A stretch of DNA of 64,000 nucleotides from the NCBI GenBank assembly GCA_963719315.1, contig CAVRBU010000012.1, forward strand, positions 1 through 64,000, given 5' to 3'. The stretch's first letter is position 1. Each line of letters starts with the position of its first letter. Below the pieces are notes generated by a model. The model was given only the letters and a program-made list of their open reading frames with translations. It had not been told where the DNA came from and searched no databases. Of this stretch, positions 32,004 to 43,176 are shown piece by piece. This DNA is from an uncultured Planctomycetota bacterium. Lineage in GTDB: Bacteria; Planctomycetota; Planctomycetia; Pirellulales; Lacipirellulaceae. Both the position numbers and the translations under genes were made by a program.

Positions 32004-32035
32004 TAGTAATTTGCGACGAGGAAGGAGCTCGACAG

Positions 32036-33709
32036 ATGAAACTGCTGATTATCGGAGGCGTGGCGGGCGGCGCTTCAGCCGCTGCCCGGGCGCGTCGCCT
32101 CTCGGAGGACGCCGAAATCGTTTTGATTGAGCGGGGACCCAACGTCTCGTTTGCCAATTGCGGTCTACCTTACTACATCGGCGGCGAGATTACGGACCGG
32201 GACAAGCTGCTGGTGGTAACTCCGGAGCGATTAAGAACGCGCTACAAATTGGACGTCCGCGTTCGGTCTTCTGCCGAAGTAATTGATCGGACGGAAAAGC
32301 GGGTGCGCATCCGCGATTTGGCTTCCGGACGCGAATATGTGGAAACATACGACAAGCTGATCCTGGCGCCAGGTGCGGCGCCAATACGTCCGCCGATTCC
32401 GGGCATCGACCTGCCGGGGGTATTCACGCTTCGGAATCTGGGCGATATGGATCGCATCGTGACGACGCTGCAACAAGGGATGGTGGAGGTCGTCATCGTC
32501 GGGGCTGGTTTCATCGGTCTGGAACTAGTTGAAAATCTTGTTCGACGCGACTTACGTGTCACGGTGGTGGAGTTACAGGATCAAATCCTGCCGCCATTCG
32601 ACAAGGAAATGACTACGCCCCTGACCGAACTTCTGGCAAGCAAGGGCGTTGGATTGAGACTCCGCGAATCCGCCATCGCGTTTGAGAAATTGTCAGACGG
32701 GCTCGCGGTCCGATTGAAGAGCGGCGGCGTAATATCATCTCAATTGGTCCTACTTGGGGTCGGAGTGCGGCCCGAAAACAAACTGGCCGTCGACGCCGGA
32801 ATAGAGGTCGGACCTCGTGGCGGTATCCGCGTGAACAAGCATCTCCAGACGAGCGACCCGGACATTTACGCAGTGGGCGACGCCATCGAAGTGACAGACT
32901 TCGTAACGGGTGAGCCAACTCAAATACCGTTAGCTGGACCAGCGAATCGCCAGGGTCGAATTGCCGCCGATAATGTTTTTGGACGCTCGGCTTGCTATCG
33001 TGGCACTCAGGGGACAGCGATCGTCCGCGCATTTGATTGCACGGCGGCCATCACGGGCGCGTCGGAAAAGACGCTGCGACGAGCCAATCGTGCATATCAG
33101 AAAGTCTATGTGCATCCGTCGCATCATGCCACTTATTATCCAGGCGCAGAAAATATGACCTTAAAGCTGCTCTTCGAGCCCGACTCTGGCAAGGTGCTTG
33201 GCGCACAGGCTGTGGGAGGAGCTGGCGTAGATAAACGGATCGACGTTCTGGCGGTAGCCATTCAAGCTGGCATGACGGTTTACGATCTGGAGGAAATGGA
33301 GTTAGCTTATGCGCCTCAATTTGGATCGGCAAAAGATCCGATCAATATGGGAGGCTTTGTCGCCGCCGGGCTGCTGCGGGGAGACCACCCACAGACCGAT
33401 ATTACATCGCTTCTGGAAGCCGCGCAACGGGATCGTCCCTTTCTACTGGACGTCCGAACGTCGCAGGAGTTTTCTAATCAGCACATTCCGGGTGCCGTAA
33501 ACATCCCGATCGATGAATTGAGATCTCGCCTGAAAGAGTTGCCTCTTGACCGGGAGATTGCCGCGTACTGCCAAGTCGGACAGCGTGGTTATCTGGCGAC
33601 ACGCATCCTGAAACAGACAGGCTTTCAAGCCGTTAACATCGGCGGCGGCTACAAGACCTATGAAATGGAAAGCTCCAGAACTGCAGCTTTAACAAGCGGA
33701 AGTAGTTAA
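32036..33709 (+). CDS. CoA-disulfide/persulfide reductase with C-terminal rhodanese (CoADR-RHD)
   Basis: GGVAGG, SFANCGLPYY, GAGFIGLE, YAPQFG, rhodanese YCQVGQRG. Confidence 0.93.
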   Translation: MKLLIIGGVAGGASAAARARRLSEDAEIVLIERGPNVSFANCGLPYYIGGEITDRDKLLVVTPERLRTRYKLDVRVRSSAEVIDRTEKRVRIRDLASGREYVETYDKLILAPGAAPIRPPIPGIDLPGVFTLRNLGDMDRIVTTLQQGMVEVVIVGAGFIGLELVENLVRRDLRVTVVELQDQILPPFDKEMTTPLTELLASKGVGLRLRESAIAFEKLSDGLAVRLKSGGVISSQLVLLGVGVRPENKLAVDAGIEVGPRGGIRVNKHLQTSDPDIYAVGDAIEVTDFVTGEPTQIPLAGPANRQGRIAADNVFGRSACYRGTQGTAIVRAFDCTAAITGASEKTLRRANRAYQKVYVHPSHHATYYPGAENMTLKLLFEPDSGKVLGAQAVGGAGVDKRIDVLAVAIQAGMTVYDLEEMELAYAPQFGSAKDPINMGGFVAAGLLRGDHPQTDITSLLEAAQRDRPFLLDVRTSQEFSNQHIPGAVNIPIDELRSRLKELPLDREIAAYCQVGQRGYLATRILKQTGFQAVNIGGGYKTYEMESSRTAALTSGSS

Positions 33710-33935
33710 CCGCGGAAAGCGGGTGTTGCCATAGATTACTCGCGGTCGTAATGGCTCAGACGCTAATTGGTAACTCGCCGTCCGCGGCCCAAGGAATCTA
33801 CTGCCTTCGATGTAAGAGTTATCGGCTTTGGCCGAAAAGTCCGTAAGCGTCCATCGGGAGGTCTCGTTTGCCACGATTGGACGACAACTTTTCAAAGCCT
33901 TGCCACTTCTTGTTTGTAGGCCGCCCGTTGCCACG

Positions 33936-34721
33936 TTACTTTTTCTGGAATGGTTGATTGAGCCGGCGAAATTGGCGTTGTGCCGATATGCGGCTAGAAT
34001 CCGTCAAAATCGCACGCTGCTCGTGGCGCTTCGCTGCACCTGCGATCAGGTCGATGGCGTCGTTGCGAGAAATATGCTCCAAGTTGATTACAAGATCGTA
34101 CAGGTGCGGATCGGCAGCGTCTCGATGGAAGTAGCGCTGTACAAACTGCGTACGACCGTCGTCCGTCTCATCGACGAACTTCTTCGCATCGCGCTCGCTG
34201 CATTGCCTTCTTTCCATCACACGTCGGACTCTCTGATTTAAGGGAGCGATGATCCGCACGGAAAAACCCCGGTCTCGCGGAAGCATGAATTGCGCGCCGC
34301 GTCCCACGAACACCGTGCATTCGTGCTGCGCAGCCAGCAATACGATGCGCCCCAAACGGGCGACGTATTCCGCTTGGGACACCAACTGTTCGTCGAGCCA
34401 TTTGCCGAACATTTCATGAAACCACGACACCGCCCGCTCATCGACGAATTCAAGTGCGAGGCGCGATAGATGATCGTGCTCGGCAAGGAAGTCGAGCAAC
34501 TCGCGGTCGAGCACCTTCCAACCGCATTGCGCGGCGATGGCCTGCGCCAAGTCGCTCGCATCGACTCCCACTTCTCGGGAAATAGCGAGATAAGGATGAA
34601 TTAAGTGCGGCACGGAGGCCTTCTCGCCTTCTTCGGCAAGCAGCTGTTGCGTGCGTAAAGTGAGCGCCCAATTGCGCATTTGCCGTTCTGCCAATTCCGA
34701 TAACCCACGACTTTGTGACAT
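33936..34721 (-). CDS. Cytidylate kinase-like family protein
   Basis: AISREVG, VFVGRGAQF, D..R..F..RYF, DPHLYDLVIN. Confidence 0.85.
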   Translation of the reverse strand: MSQSRGLSELAERQMRNWALTLRTQQLLAEEGEKASVPHLIHPYLAISREVGVDASDLAQAIAAQCGWKVLDRELLDFLAEHDHLSRLALEFVDERAVSWFHEMFGKWLDEQLVSQAEYVARLGRIVLLAAQHECTVFVGRGAQFMLPRDRGFSVRIIAPLNQRVRRVMERRQCSERDAKKFVDETDDGRTQFVQRYFHRDAADPHLYDLVINLEHISRNDAIDLIAGAAKRHEQRAILTDSSRISAQRQFRRLNQPFQKK

Positions 34722-34763
34722 CGTATTACTTCCTTTCTTGGAGCCACCCAGCGCCGATAACGT

Positions 34764-34778
34764 GCAACTGTGGTGCCA
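34764..34778 (-). promoter_or_regulatory. sigma54 promoter
   Basis: TGGCACCACAGTTGC on minus strand, full consensus, 43 nt upstream of 34721. Confidence 0.8.
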
Positions 34779-34833
34779 ATTGGGTCAAAGTCCTCGCAGA
34801 GGGAGAAGCCGCCGCTCATGGGCCCGCTTACAG

Positions 34834-34848
34834 CGGCACGGCTTTTGC
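34834..34848 (+). promoter_or_regulatory. sigma54 promoter, divergent from the previous one
   Basis: CGGCACGGCTTTTGC on plus strand upstream of 34995. Confidence 0.65.
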
Positions 34849-34994
34849 TCTTTTATTGTGCTCGATACGCTTGCCGGCGAGATAGGATGCGGCTGGCCCA
34901 CGGTGATTCACAATAACGCGCCTCGGCAAGCAATGGCACATCGGGCGATTAGACACTAGTTCCTCCACACTATTGGCCGTTCGAGTGGATCACT

Positions 34995-35642
34995 ATGGAT
35001 TTCAAACCTGAATCCAACCGTACCCTATCGCTTCATACCTCAGACAAGGGCTTGGAAGAGCAACTGCCCGATACGATTATTCCTGTGCCGTTGCGTCTGT
35101 GGCCCGAAGTTGGTTTCGAGGCTCGTCCCCATCTCAAGGCAGGGATTGTGTTAGGTGGTTTCGCCGGATGCACGAGTCTCTTAACGAACATCATCGGCAG
35201 CGTGTTTTGGCCCGCGATTGGCGGCGAAGAACAATACCCGCTTAGACTCATCCAGGTTTACCTGACATTTCCCCTGGGTGAAGCTGCGTTGCAGTTGAAT
35301 AGCGGCGCACTGCTGGCACTGGGATGCGTGTTGTACCTGTGCACGGGCATGTTGTACGGCATGTTGTTCGAGCTTTTGATCTCCTACTTGCTGCCGCACG
35401 CGCGATTAGGAGCGCGGCTGATCTTTTGCAGCATCCTGGCGCTTGGCGTCTGGGCGATCAATTTCTATGCGTTGTTGGCCTGGATGCAACCGTTGTTCTT
35501 GGGAGGCCGCTGGATTATCGAACTTATTCCCTGGTGGGTCGCGGCGCTGACCCACTTGGTTTTCGGCTGGACGATGGCCCTCGTATTTCCACTTGGCTTG
35601 CACGAGTCCGGCCGATCTGGCTCCGCCATTCCCGTAGAGTAG
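34995..35642 (+). CDS. Hypothetical integral membrane protein
   Basis: About four hydrophobic segments; HLVFGW motif near C-terminus. Confidence 0.75.
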   Translation: MDFKPESNRTLSLHTSDKGLEEQLPDTIIPVPLRLWPEVGFEARPHLKAGIVLGGFAGCTSLLTNIIGSVFWPAIGGEEQYPLRLIQVYLTFPLGEAALQLNSGALLALGCVLYLCTGMLYGMLFELLISYLLPHARLGARLIFCSILALGVWAINFYALLAWMQPLFLGGRWIIELIPWWVAALTHLVFGWTMALVFPLGLHESGRSGSAIPVE

Positions 35643-35773
35643 ATCGCAGGCCTACAGGACGCGATTCGGCGCGGACGATTTTGAATCGCGGCGCAGTGTA
35701 CGCATTTACCCTGGCCGAACTTGCGACCTGTACTTCGCTGCGTGCTGTCATTCGCTATTGAACTGCCGCATGC

Positions 35774-35809
35774 TGTGCCATCGTGGCACACGTGTGCGAG
35801 AAAGCGCAC
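35774..35809. promoter_or_regulatory. Tandem palindromes, candidate upstream activator sequences
   Basis: TGTGCCA-TCG-TGGCACA (35774-35790) then GTGCG-AGAAAG-CGCAC (35794-35809). Confidence 0.6.
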
Positions 35810-35871
35810 GTCTAGATTACAGAAAATGAGCGATGGGCATGGATTTCGGCTGTGCGCGATTCGCTACCGCA

Positions 35872-35886
35872 TGGAACGTGGTTTGC
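35872..35886 (+). promoter_or_regulatory. sigma54 promoter for YbaK-USP-CBS-cytochrome run
   Basis: TGGAACGTGGTTTGC on plus strand. Confidence 0.65.
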
Positions 35887-35952
35887 AACGCTGAACTGGT
35901 GCGTGGTCATTGCAAATCATTCCAAACGGCTCGGTCGCCGAAGGGAGAGGCA

Positions 35953-36417
35953 ATGAAAATCGATACTTTTCTTGTGGAGCGGAATTGCCAATTTGAGCGT
36001 CTGCCACACTCGCCGACGTACAGTGCCCAACGCTTGGCCCAGGAGCTACATGTGCCGGGTCAGGAAGTAGCAAAAACCGTGTTATTGCGATCCAGCAGTG
36101 GAAGTAGATTCGTGGTCGCTGTGTTGCCGGCAAGTAAATCGATCGATTTGGCGGCCGCCTCGAAGCTGGTTGGCAAAGGCAAACTTCACCTCGCCACCGA
36201 ACTGGAAATTGGAGAGCATTGTCCCGACTGCGAGTTCGGAGTCTTGCCGCCATTCGGCTCGCGCTATGGCATGAAGACGATTGTTGATTCAAGCCTGGCT
36301 CAGGACGAAGGAATAGTGTTCGCAGCGAACACGCACCACGAAGCGATCCGCATGAGATTCCAAGAATATCGCGAGTTGGAGGTTCCTAAAATTGGTCAGT
36401 TCGCGCTCGACGCATAG
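35953..36417 (+). CDS. YbaK/aminoacyl-tRNA deacylase family protein
   Basis: AKTVLL, LATE.E, PDCEFGVLPPFG, ANTH. Confidence 0.88.
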   Translation: MKIDTFLVERNCQFERLPHSPTYSAQRLAQELHVPGQEVAKTVLLRSSSGSRFVVAVLPASKSIDLAAASKLVGKGKLHLATELEIGEHCPDCEFGVLPPFGSRYGMKTIVDSSLAQDEGIVFAANTHHEAIRMRFQEYRELEVPKIGQFALDA

Positions 36418-36487
36418 TGTCGATGTCCTAACGCCTGCTGTCGTACATTTACTGCAAGCGACGCAACGAGCGTTTAACGAGGCAATC

Positions 36488-36985
36488 ATGAACATCAAGT
36501 CGATCCAGTTTCCAACCGATTTTTCGCACTGCAACGACGCCGCTTTGAAGTACGCGTCGGCGTTGGCCGCGGAAGCCGGTGCCACGCTGCACATTGTGTA
36601 TGTTCATGATGTGCGAGACCTAAATGCCGCGCTCGGTGAGCCTGGTTACGTCTATGCATCAGCGTGGGAAGAAGAGGGGCGCAATGCGAGCCTACGCCTC
36701 AAAAAAGTCGTACCAGCAGCCGCAACGGTAACCTATTCGCACCATTGTTTGACCGGCGATCCCGTCACAGAAATCGTTGCCTTTGCCGAGAATAACAAGA
36801 TCGACCTGATTGTCATGGCGTCGCATGGCCGCACCGGCATTTCGCGGCTGCTGATGGGGAGCGTTGCTGAAGGGGTGATGCGGAAGGCCCCTTGCCCCGT
36901 CCTGATAGTCAGGCAACCCACTGAAAAAGACACGGAAGATAAGAACCTCTTTACCCCTAGCCAGGAAACAAGGCTCCTAACATGA
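36488..36985 (+). CDS. Universal stress protein
   Basis: FPTDFS, DLIVMASHGRTG, MGSVAEGVMRKAPCPVL. Confidence 0.93.
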   Translation: MNIKSIQFPTDFSHCNDAALKYASALAAEAGATLHIVYVHDVRDLNAALGEPGYVYASAWEEEGRNASLRLKKVVPAAATVTYSHHCLTGDPVTEIVAFAENNKIDLIVMASHGRTGISRLLMGSVAEGVMRKAPCPVLIVRQPTEKDTEDKNLFTPSQETRLLT

Positions 36986-37471
36986 AAAACGTTACTCAGC
37001 GAATAGTGGCCGCGGACCTAATGCAGCGAGACATCGTGGCAGTCTCGCCCGACGACACATTGCGGGATGCGCTTGCGCTAATGACCGACAATCACGTGAC
37101 CGGTCTACCCGTAATGAACGGCCAAAGCCGTTGCGTGGGGTTGATTACCGCCAGCGACATTCTGAACTATGAGGACGAGCACGCAAACGGTTCGGCCGAA
37201 ACTGGCTCTGCGCAATTCTTCGATCCGGAGACGCAACAGTGGGACAGCGTGCTCTTTTCAGCGTTCGGTCTAGAAGAATTCGGCGACGTGCGTGTGCAGG
37301 AACGTCATGACGAGGGACCTGATTTGGGTCACACGCGACACGCCGCTCAAGGACGTAGCTCGGCGAATGATCGACGAGCGCATCCACCGCGTCCTCGTGA
37401 TGGACAAAGACGCTCGACTGTACGGCATTCTTTCGGCTTACGATTTTGTTCGCGTGGTCGCGGAACGTTAA
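36982..37471 (+). CDS. CBS-pair domain protein (one apparent frameshift near 37300)
   Basis: DLMQRD..HVTGLPV..GLITASD; second CBS continues in another frame as VMTRDL..RIHRVLVMD..GILSAYDFVR to TAA at 37471. Confidence 0.85.
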
Positions 37472-37526
37472 TTGTAAATGTGTGACTTTGTGTACCTGGA
37501 TGAATGCAGCGCTACGGGAGAATGCA

Positions 37527-37976
37527 ATGTGGGCATTTCAATATTGTGCGAAGCTGGGTTTGCTTGTTTGCCTCGTTGGTTGTACGTCCAATGAAAGCAA
37601 GTACACGCTTCCGCCAGGAGACACCCAGCGCGGACACGATGCATTTGTCAAGTTCCGATGCTTCGACTGCCACAGGGTGCAGGGCGTGGATTTGCCGCCC
37701 GGTGAGGAGCCCAATCAGGTAATAGTTGAATTGGGTGGAAAAGTAGAGTGCCCAAAGGAGTACGGCGATCTTGTTACGGCAATCGTCAATCCTTCGCATC
37801 GGTTGGCAAAGGGATATACGCCAGATTTGGTTGCCGATGACGGGAAGTCGAGGATGACCGTGTACAACGACGTGATGACCGTCACTCAATTAGTCGACAT
37901 TGTGGCGTTCTTGCAATCGCACTACGAACTGCAACCCTATGAGCCGACGTCGTATCCGGATTACTACGGCCCCTAA
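37527..37976 (+). CDS. Monoheme cytochrome c, probable lipoprotein
   Basis: Lipobox LVGC, GDTQRG..F, CFDCH, AIVNPSH, SRM (candidate Met ligand), DIVAFL. Confidence 0.85.
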   Translation: MWAFQYCAKLGLLVCLVGCTSNESKYTLPPGDTQRGHDAFVKFRCFDCHRVQGVDLPPGEEPNQVIVELGGKVECPKEYGDLVTAIVNPSHRLAKGYTPDLVADDGKSRMTVYNDVMTVTQLVDIVAFLQSHYELQPYEPTSYPDYYGP

Positions 37977-39532
37977 CAGCCTGTTGAAGAAGTTGGTATT
38001 TGGTGATTTTAGGCAGCCAACGCGAGCGGTTGGTTGATGGTTGATTTTTGTCGGCCGGTCGGCGGCGTGGGCGTCAGCAGACGCTCCAGCGCGGCCAGGG
38101 TGTTAAACAACACAACATGCAAGGCGTCGGCAAGCCCGCCGTTCCCTTGCAGGCTCCTGGCCGTGCCGATTCCGAACAAGTGGCGCAGGACGAGGCCCAG
38201 ATTGCGTGCCATGGCCGACGTCAGGTATCGCTTTCTCACTTTCTCGATACCATGCAGCCACGTTCGCCGACTGCCGCCCGTCTCGCAGACGTGGGCGAAA
38301 CTCCGCTCGACCTTCTCACTCCTCTCGCGCTGTAGAGCACGTCCTCGCTTTCCTTTGACCCGGCGGCGGTTGCCCGTCACCGCCCGACGCTCTTCGTCCG
38401 CTTTGTTTTTCCAATTGCGACGATGCGCGTGCTGTGGTTCGGCGATGTACGTTCGTAGACCCTCGGTGAATTCCAATTCGGCCAGCGTCTCGTTCCCCGA
38501 GTAGCCTTTGTCCGCCACCGTCTCCTCGATGTCCGCGTCGCTGTCGGCTTGAATCAAGTTGTCTTGCGCTTGGCTGAGGCTCGGGCCGATCGTGTCCACG
38601 TCGGCCGCGTTGGCGTGATAGATCTCGGCCGCCAGGATCAGCTCCGTGTCCAGATCGACGACGTGTTCGGCCTTGTAGGCCAGATGCGTGCGGCCGTCCT
38701 TCATCCGGGTGATCCGGCTGTCTGGGTCGGTTTCGCTCTGCCATTCTTGGTTCGAGACCTTTTTGTCCTTGCGCTGGCGATCGAACCGAGCAATCTCCTC
38801 GGCTGAGGGTTCGTCGCCCGGCTCGATCTGGCCTGCTTCCTGCATCAGACGCCGAACATACTCCTGCCAGTCCTCGCCCGTGTCGCGCCTGACGATGCTC
38901 TTCATGGCCGCGTCGGCCTCCAGGGTCGTGGCGTCGACGCCCACCGTCTTGCCGGCGAGCAGGCCTTGCTGCTCAGCCACCTCGAGCACGAAGCAGAATA
39001 CTTGCCGATGAACCGACAACGGCAGTCGGTCGCGGACCCGCGTCAGGCTCGAATGGTCAGGCGTCTCTTCGCCGAGCGGGACGCCCAGAAATTCTCGCAA
39101 GCTGAGACTGTCGGCACACCGCCAGGCGATGCCCCGCTGCGAGCCGAGGCCCTCGAAGTAGCCCACCAACAGCATCCGGAAGTAGACGCCCGGCGGAATG
39201 CCGGGCCGCCCCATCGTTTCGTGGTAGTACGGCTCACAGAGCCTTTCGACGAACTCGTCGAAGCCGGCTGCTCGCAGCAATTGATTGAGCTTGCCGTAAA
39301 ACACATGCCCTTCCGACCGCGGCAACTGGTCCACCGGGATCCAGAAGGACGACTGCTGCTCTTGGTTGCGGTGTCCCAACGCCATCCGTGATCTCCTCAA
39401 TTCGGCTCTGCGGATGCCTGAGCAAAACAATAATCGCTCTTACACTGGCATCCACGCCAACCGCAGGCGACAATTTAGCGCCATGCCGTCGTTAGCGAAA
39501 GTCTATCCAAAGGAGACTTCTTCAACAGGCTG
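37977..39532 (-). mobile_element. IS1182-family insertion sequence, complete
   Basis: Perfect 17-bp inverted repeats CAGCCTGTTGAAGAAGT (37977-37993 / 39516-39532); flanks CTAA and CTAG. Confidence 0.9.
38009..39385 (-). CDS. IS1182-family transposase
   Basis: GRPGIPP, TPDHSSL, VDATT, TDPDSR, ADKGY, VERSFA motifs; GAGGAG RBS before MALGHR. Confidence 0.9.
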   Translation of the reverse strand: MALGHRNQEQQSSFWIPVDQLPRSEGHVFYGKLNQLLRAAGFDEFVERLCEPYYHETMGRPGIPPGVYFRMLLVGYFEGLGSQRGIAWRCADSLSLREFLGVPLGEETPDHSSLTRVRDRLPLSVHRQVFCFVLEVAEQQGLLAGKTVGVDATTLEADAAMKSIVRRDTGEDWQEYVRRLMQEAGQIEPGDEPSAEEIARFDRQRKDKKVSNQEWQSETDPDSRITRMKDGRTHLAYKAEHVVDLDTELILAAEIYHANAADVDTIGPSLSQAQDNLIQADSDADIEETVADKGYSGNETLAELEFTEGLRTYIAEPQHAHRRNWKNKADEERRAVTGNRRRVKGKRGRALQRERSEKVERSFAHVCETGGSRRTWLHGIEKVRKRYLTSAMARNLGLVLRHLFGIGTARSLQGNGGLADALHVVLFNTLAALERLLTPTPPTGRQKSTINQPLALAA

Positions 39533-39658
39533 CTAGTTGCAACTGCAAAGAGCATCGTTTAATGGTGCAGTCAAGGAATGAGCGCTGCGTATTCGAGCAT
39601 CTGAAAATATCTGGAAGGCAAGGCGTGGCAGTTTTGATTGCCGGATCACTGTAACAAA

Positions 39659-41227
39659 ATGAGTACCACAACTGCTTCGACCGGGTCGGAGAGTGCTGCC
39701 GAGTTCCTGCACAGCGCATTGTCGTACCCGGATCATCCGAGTGCAGTTCATGTCATCGAGACGCACATATCATGGGTGTTTCTGACGGACTGCCATGCAT
39801 ATAAGCTCAAAAAGCCAGTACAGTTCGAGTTCCTGAACTTCTCCACGCCAGAGTTGCGTCATCGTGCCTGTTTGGAAGAAGTTCGGCTCAACCGGCGCCT
39901 CGCGCGGGACATCTACATTGACGTACTACCGATAACCCAGAACTCGGATGGCTCCCTTGAATTAAGTGGAGACGGACGGCAAATCGACTGGGTAGTGAAA
40001 ATGCGGCGGCTGCCGGCGGAATCGGCATTGGTCGCGATATTGCGTGAAAATCGACTCACCCCGGAAGTCGCAGAAGCGATCGCGCAATTCCTGGCAGATT
40101 TCTACTCCCGGTTGCTTCCAAAGCCGCTGAATTCGGATGATTATCGACGGAGACTTGACCGTCACATTCGGGCCAATGGAGTGGCGCTGCTTGATTCGCT
40201 TCCGGCGGAGCGAACCCGCGTCCGCCGTATCCAAACGGCGCAGCTGCGGTACTTGAACGTCCAAGCTAAACTGATCGACGACCGTGTCGTCGCCGGCCGC
40301 ATTGTCGATGGGCACGGCGATCTTCGGCCGGAACATATTTACGTGGCTGGTGGCCCAAATGTCATCGACTGCCTCGAGTTCTCCGAAGAATTACGCACCG
40401 TCGATATTGCCGACGACCTTTGTTTTCTTTACATGGAGTGCGAGCGGCTGGATCACGGTGAGTTGGGAGAGTTTGTACTAGCGAGGTATCAAAGGGCGTC
40501 CGGTGACGCAGTGCCCGAGTCCTTACTATCTTTTTATCGTTGTTATCGAGCGATGATGCGGGCCAAGGTTGCGCTGCTGCGGAGCCAGCAACATTCTAGT
40601 CCTGGCCCCCCACACATTGACGAACACATTCGGCAGTATTTCGATTTAGCCGACCGCTACGCCCCACAACTTGGTTTACCCTGCGTGCTGATCGTCGGCG
40701 GGCTCATGGGGACAGGAAAGTCGACGTTGGCTCGCAAGCTGGCAGATGCCTTTAACATGGAATTGCTTTCGACCGACCACATCCGGCGTTCCATGTTTGG
40801 CAGGAGTGAACTGCCGGCCGGCTACGGGGAAGCCAACTACCGGCCGGACATGCGCAGCCGTGTCTATGATGCGCTGCTCGGCCAAGCAAGTGAGATTCTA
40901 GAATCAGGTCAATCGGTAATCCTCGATGGTACGTTCGTTACGTGCGGATTAAGAGACCGTGTGTATGACTTGGCGTCGCGATATCACGCCGTTCCATTAC
41001 TCGTTCAATGCACGTGTGCTCGGCAGATGGCATATGCCCGCATACTAGCGCGAGCTGAAAGCGGTCAAGGTGAGTCCGAGGCCCGCGCAGAGCTTTACGA
41101 CCTACAGGCGCGAGAGCTTGAACCGGCCTGGTCCGACGAACCGGCGATTATCGTGGATACAACTCAGGCGATGTCACAGCAATTGCAAGCGGTTTACTCC
41201 GAACTAAGACGATCATTGTTCATTTGA
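39659..41227 (+). CDS. Bifunctional phosphotransferase-like / AAA_33 kinase (Rv2004c-like)
   Basis: IETHISWVFL, KLKKPV, HGDLRPEHI, DCLEF, P-loop GLMGTGKST. Confidence 0.9.
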   Translation: MSTTTASTGSESAAEFLHSALSYPDHPSAVHVIETHISWVFLTDCHAYKLKKPVQFEFLNFSTPELRHRACLEEVRLNRRLARDIYIDVLPITQNSDGSLELSGDGRQIDWVVKMRRLPAESALVAILRENRLTPEVAEAIAQFLADFYSRLLPKPLNSDDYRRRLDRHIRANGVALLDSLPAERTRVRRIQTAQLRYLNVQAKLIDDRVVAGRIVDGHGDLRPEHIYVAGGPNVIDCLEFSEELRTVDIADDLCFLYMECERLDHGELGEFVLARYQRASGDAVPESLLSFYRCYRAMMRAKVALLRSQQHSSPGPPHIDEHIRQYFDLADRYAPQLGLPCVLIVGGLMGTGKSTLARKLADAFNMELLSTDHIRRSMFGRSELPAGYGEANYRPDMRSRVYDALLGQASEILESGQSVILDGTFVTCGLRDRVYDLASRYHAVPLLVQCTCARQMAYARILARAESGQGESEARAELYDLQARELEPAWSDEPAIIVDTTQAMSQQLQAVYSELRRSLFI

Positions 41228-41492
41228 GGTGTGAAGAAAGTATGCCTTGTTTTCAGCTGCATTCAGCGGCAATGGCAAGCCGGCCGTAAGCATGGTGAGT
41301 ACAAATTGCCGAGCATGCTTGCAGGATCGGTCCCAACTCAAATGAATTCAAAGTCGAGGATGGATAGCTTGATTCCTGCCCTCGGCTCGACTCGTCGTTT
41401 ATATCGACGTGGAGCGAGTGAACGGCGTGGGCCGCCGTAATCGCCCGATGGCAACCACGTGTGGGCAATCCGCAAGGATTTCGTTGCTTAGC

Positions 41493-42542
<1,050 letters not shown>

Positions 42543-42662
42543 GGCAAGGGCCTCGTTTTGATAGTCGATATTGCCGACGACTACGTCCAGCAGCGGTTGT
42601 AACTGCTTATACGACAGCGAGCCAAGGCTCGCGCGTCAAGAGCTCAATCGGCGAGTACTACT

Positions 42663-42677
42663 GCGAAGGTCATGCCG
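42663..42677 (-). promoter_or_regulatory. Candidate sigma54 promoter for fbaB
   Basis: CGGCATGACCTTCGC (GG-N10-GC) on minus strand. Confidence 0.45.
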
Positions 42678-42981
42678 TTAGTCGGAATCCGTGTCGTAAA
42701 CGGAATTCGCTAGCCCACACACGTCGGCCGTGACGCACAAATGTGCGACTCTGCGTGCTTTCGACGTTCGCCATTTCGCAAAAATCGCCTCAGACAGAAT
42801 TGTGACCACGTCCACGCATTACGTCAAACAGTGACATCTGCTCCGATGCCAGAAAACGCGAATCGTAAGTGGAATGCCTTTCGCCATCAGCGTGCCGTTA
42901 CATAGGATCTCGATTACCTCGTTCGCCTCTTCGCTGAGGGAGAAGGGTTATTAGGAAAGACCCGTATGGCGTGCGGCGGGT

Positions 42982-42997
42982 TGTGCGATTTCGCACA
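42982..42997. promoter_or_regulatory. Palindrome, candidate upstream activator sequence
   Basis: TGTGCGA-TT-TCGCACA about 105 nt upstream of the site at 43102. Confidence 0.5.
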
Positions 42998-43101
42998 CCT
43001 TAAGGCCGTTGAGCAGGAGCAGGCCGCAGTTTTTGCTTTCAATCGAGCTCGAATTTAGCCGTTTGGCGCCGGCATACGATTCGACCGCAAGGTATTGTGT
43101 T

Positions 43102-43116
43102 CGGCACGGTACGTGC
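43102..43116 (+). promoter_or_regulatory. Candidate sigma54 promoter for nfnA-like gene
   Basis: CGGCACGGTACGTGC (GG-N10-GC), 60 nt upstream of ATG 43177. Confidence 0.5.
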
Positions 43117-43176
43117 ATCACTTATCGAGCCTAACAATGACGATCGACGATAAACGACCTTGTTTCTATTGCAGCT

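Noticed and set aside
39626..39641. TGGCAGTTTTGATTGC upstream of the Rv2004c-like gene as a sigma54 site
   Set aside because: GG-to-GC spacing is 11, not 10, and it is very close to the start codon; only valid if the T run has an extra base
42870..42884. TGGAATGCCTTTCGC as a second sigma54 site
   Set aside because: Correct spacing but weaker match and about 300 nt from the next gene, which has a closer candidate
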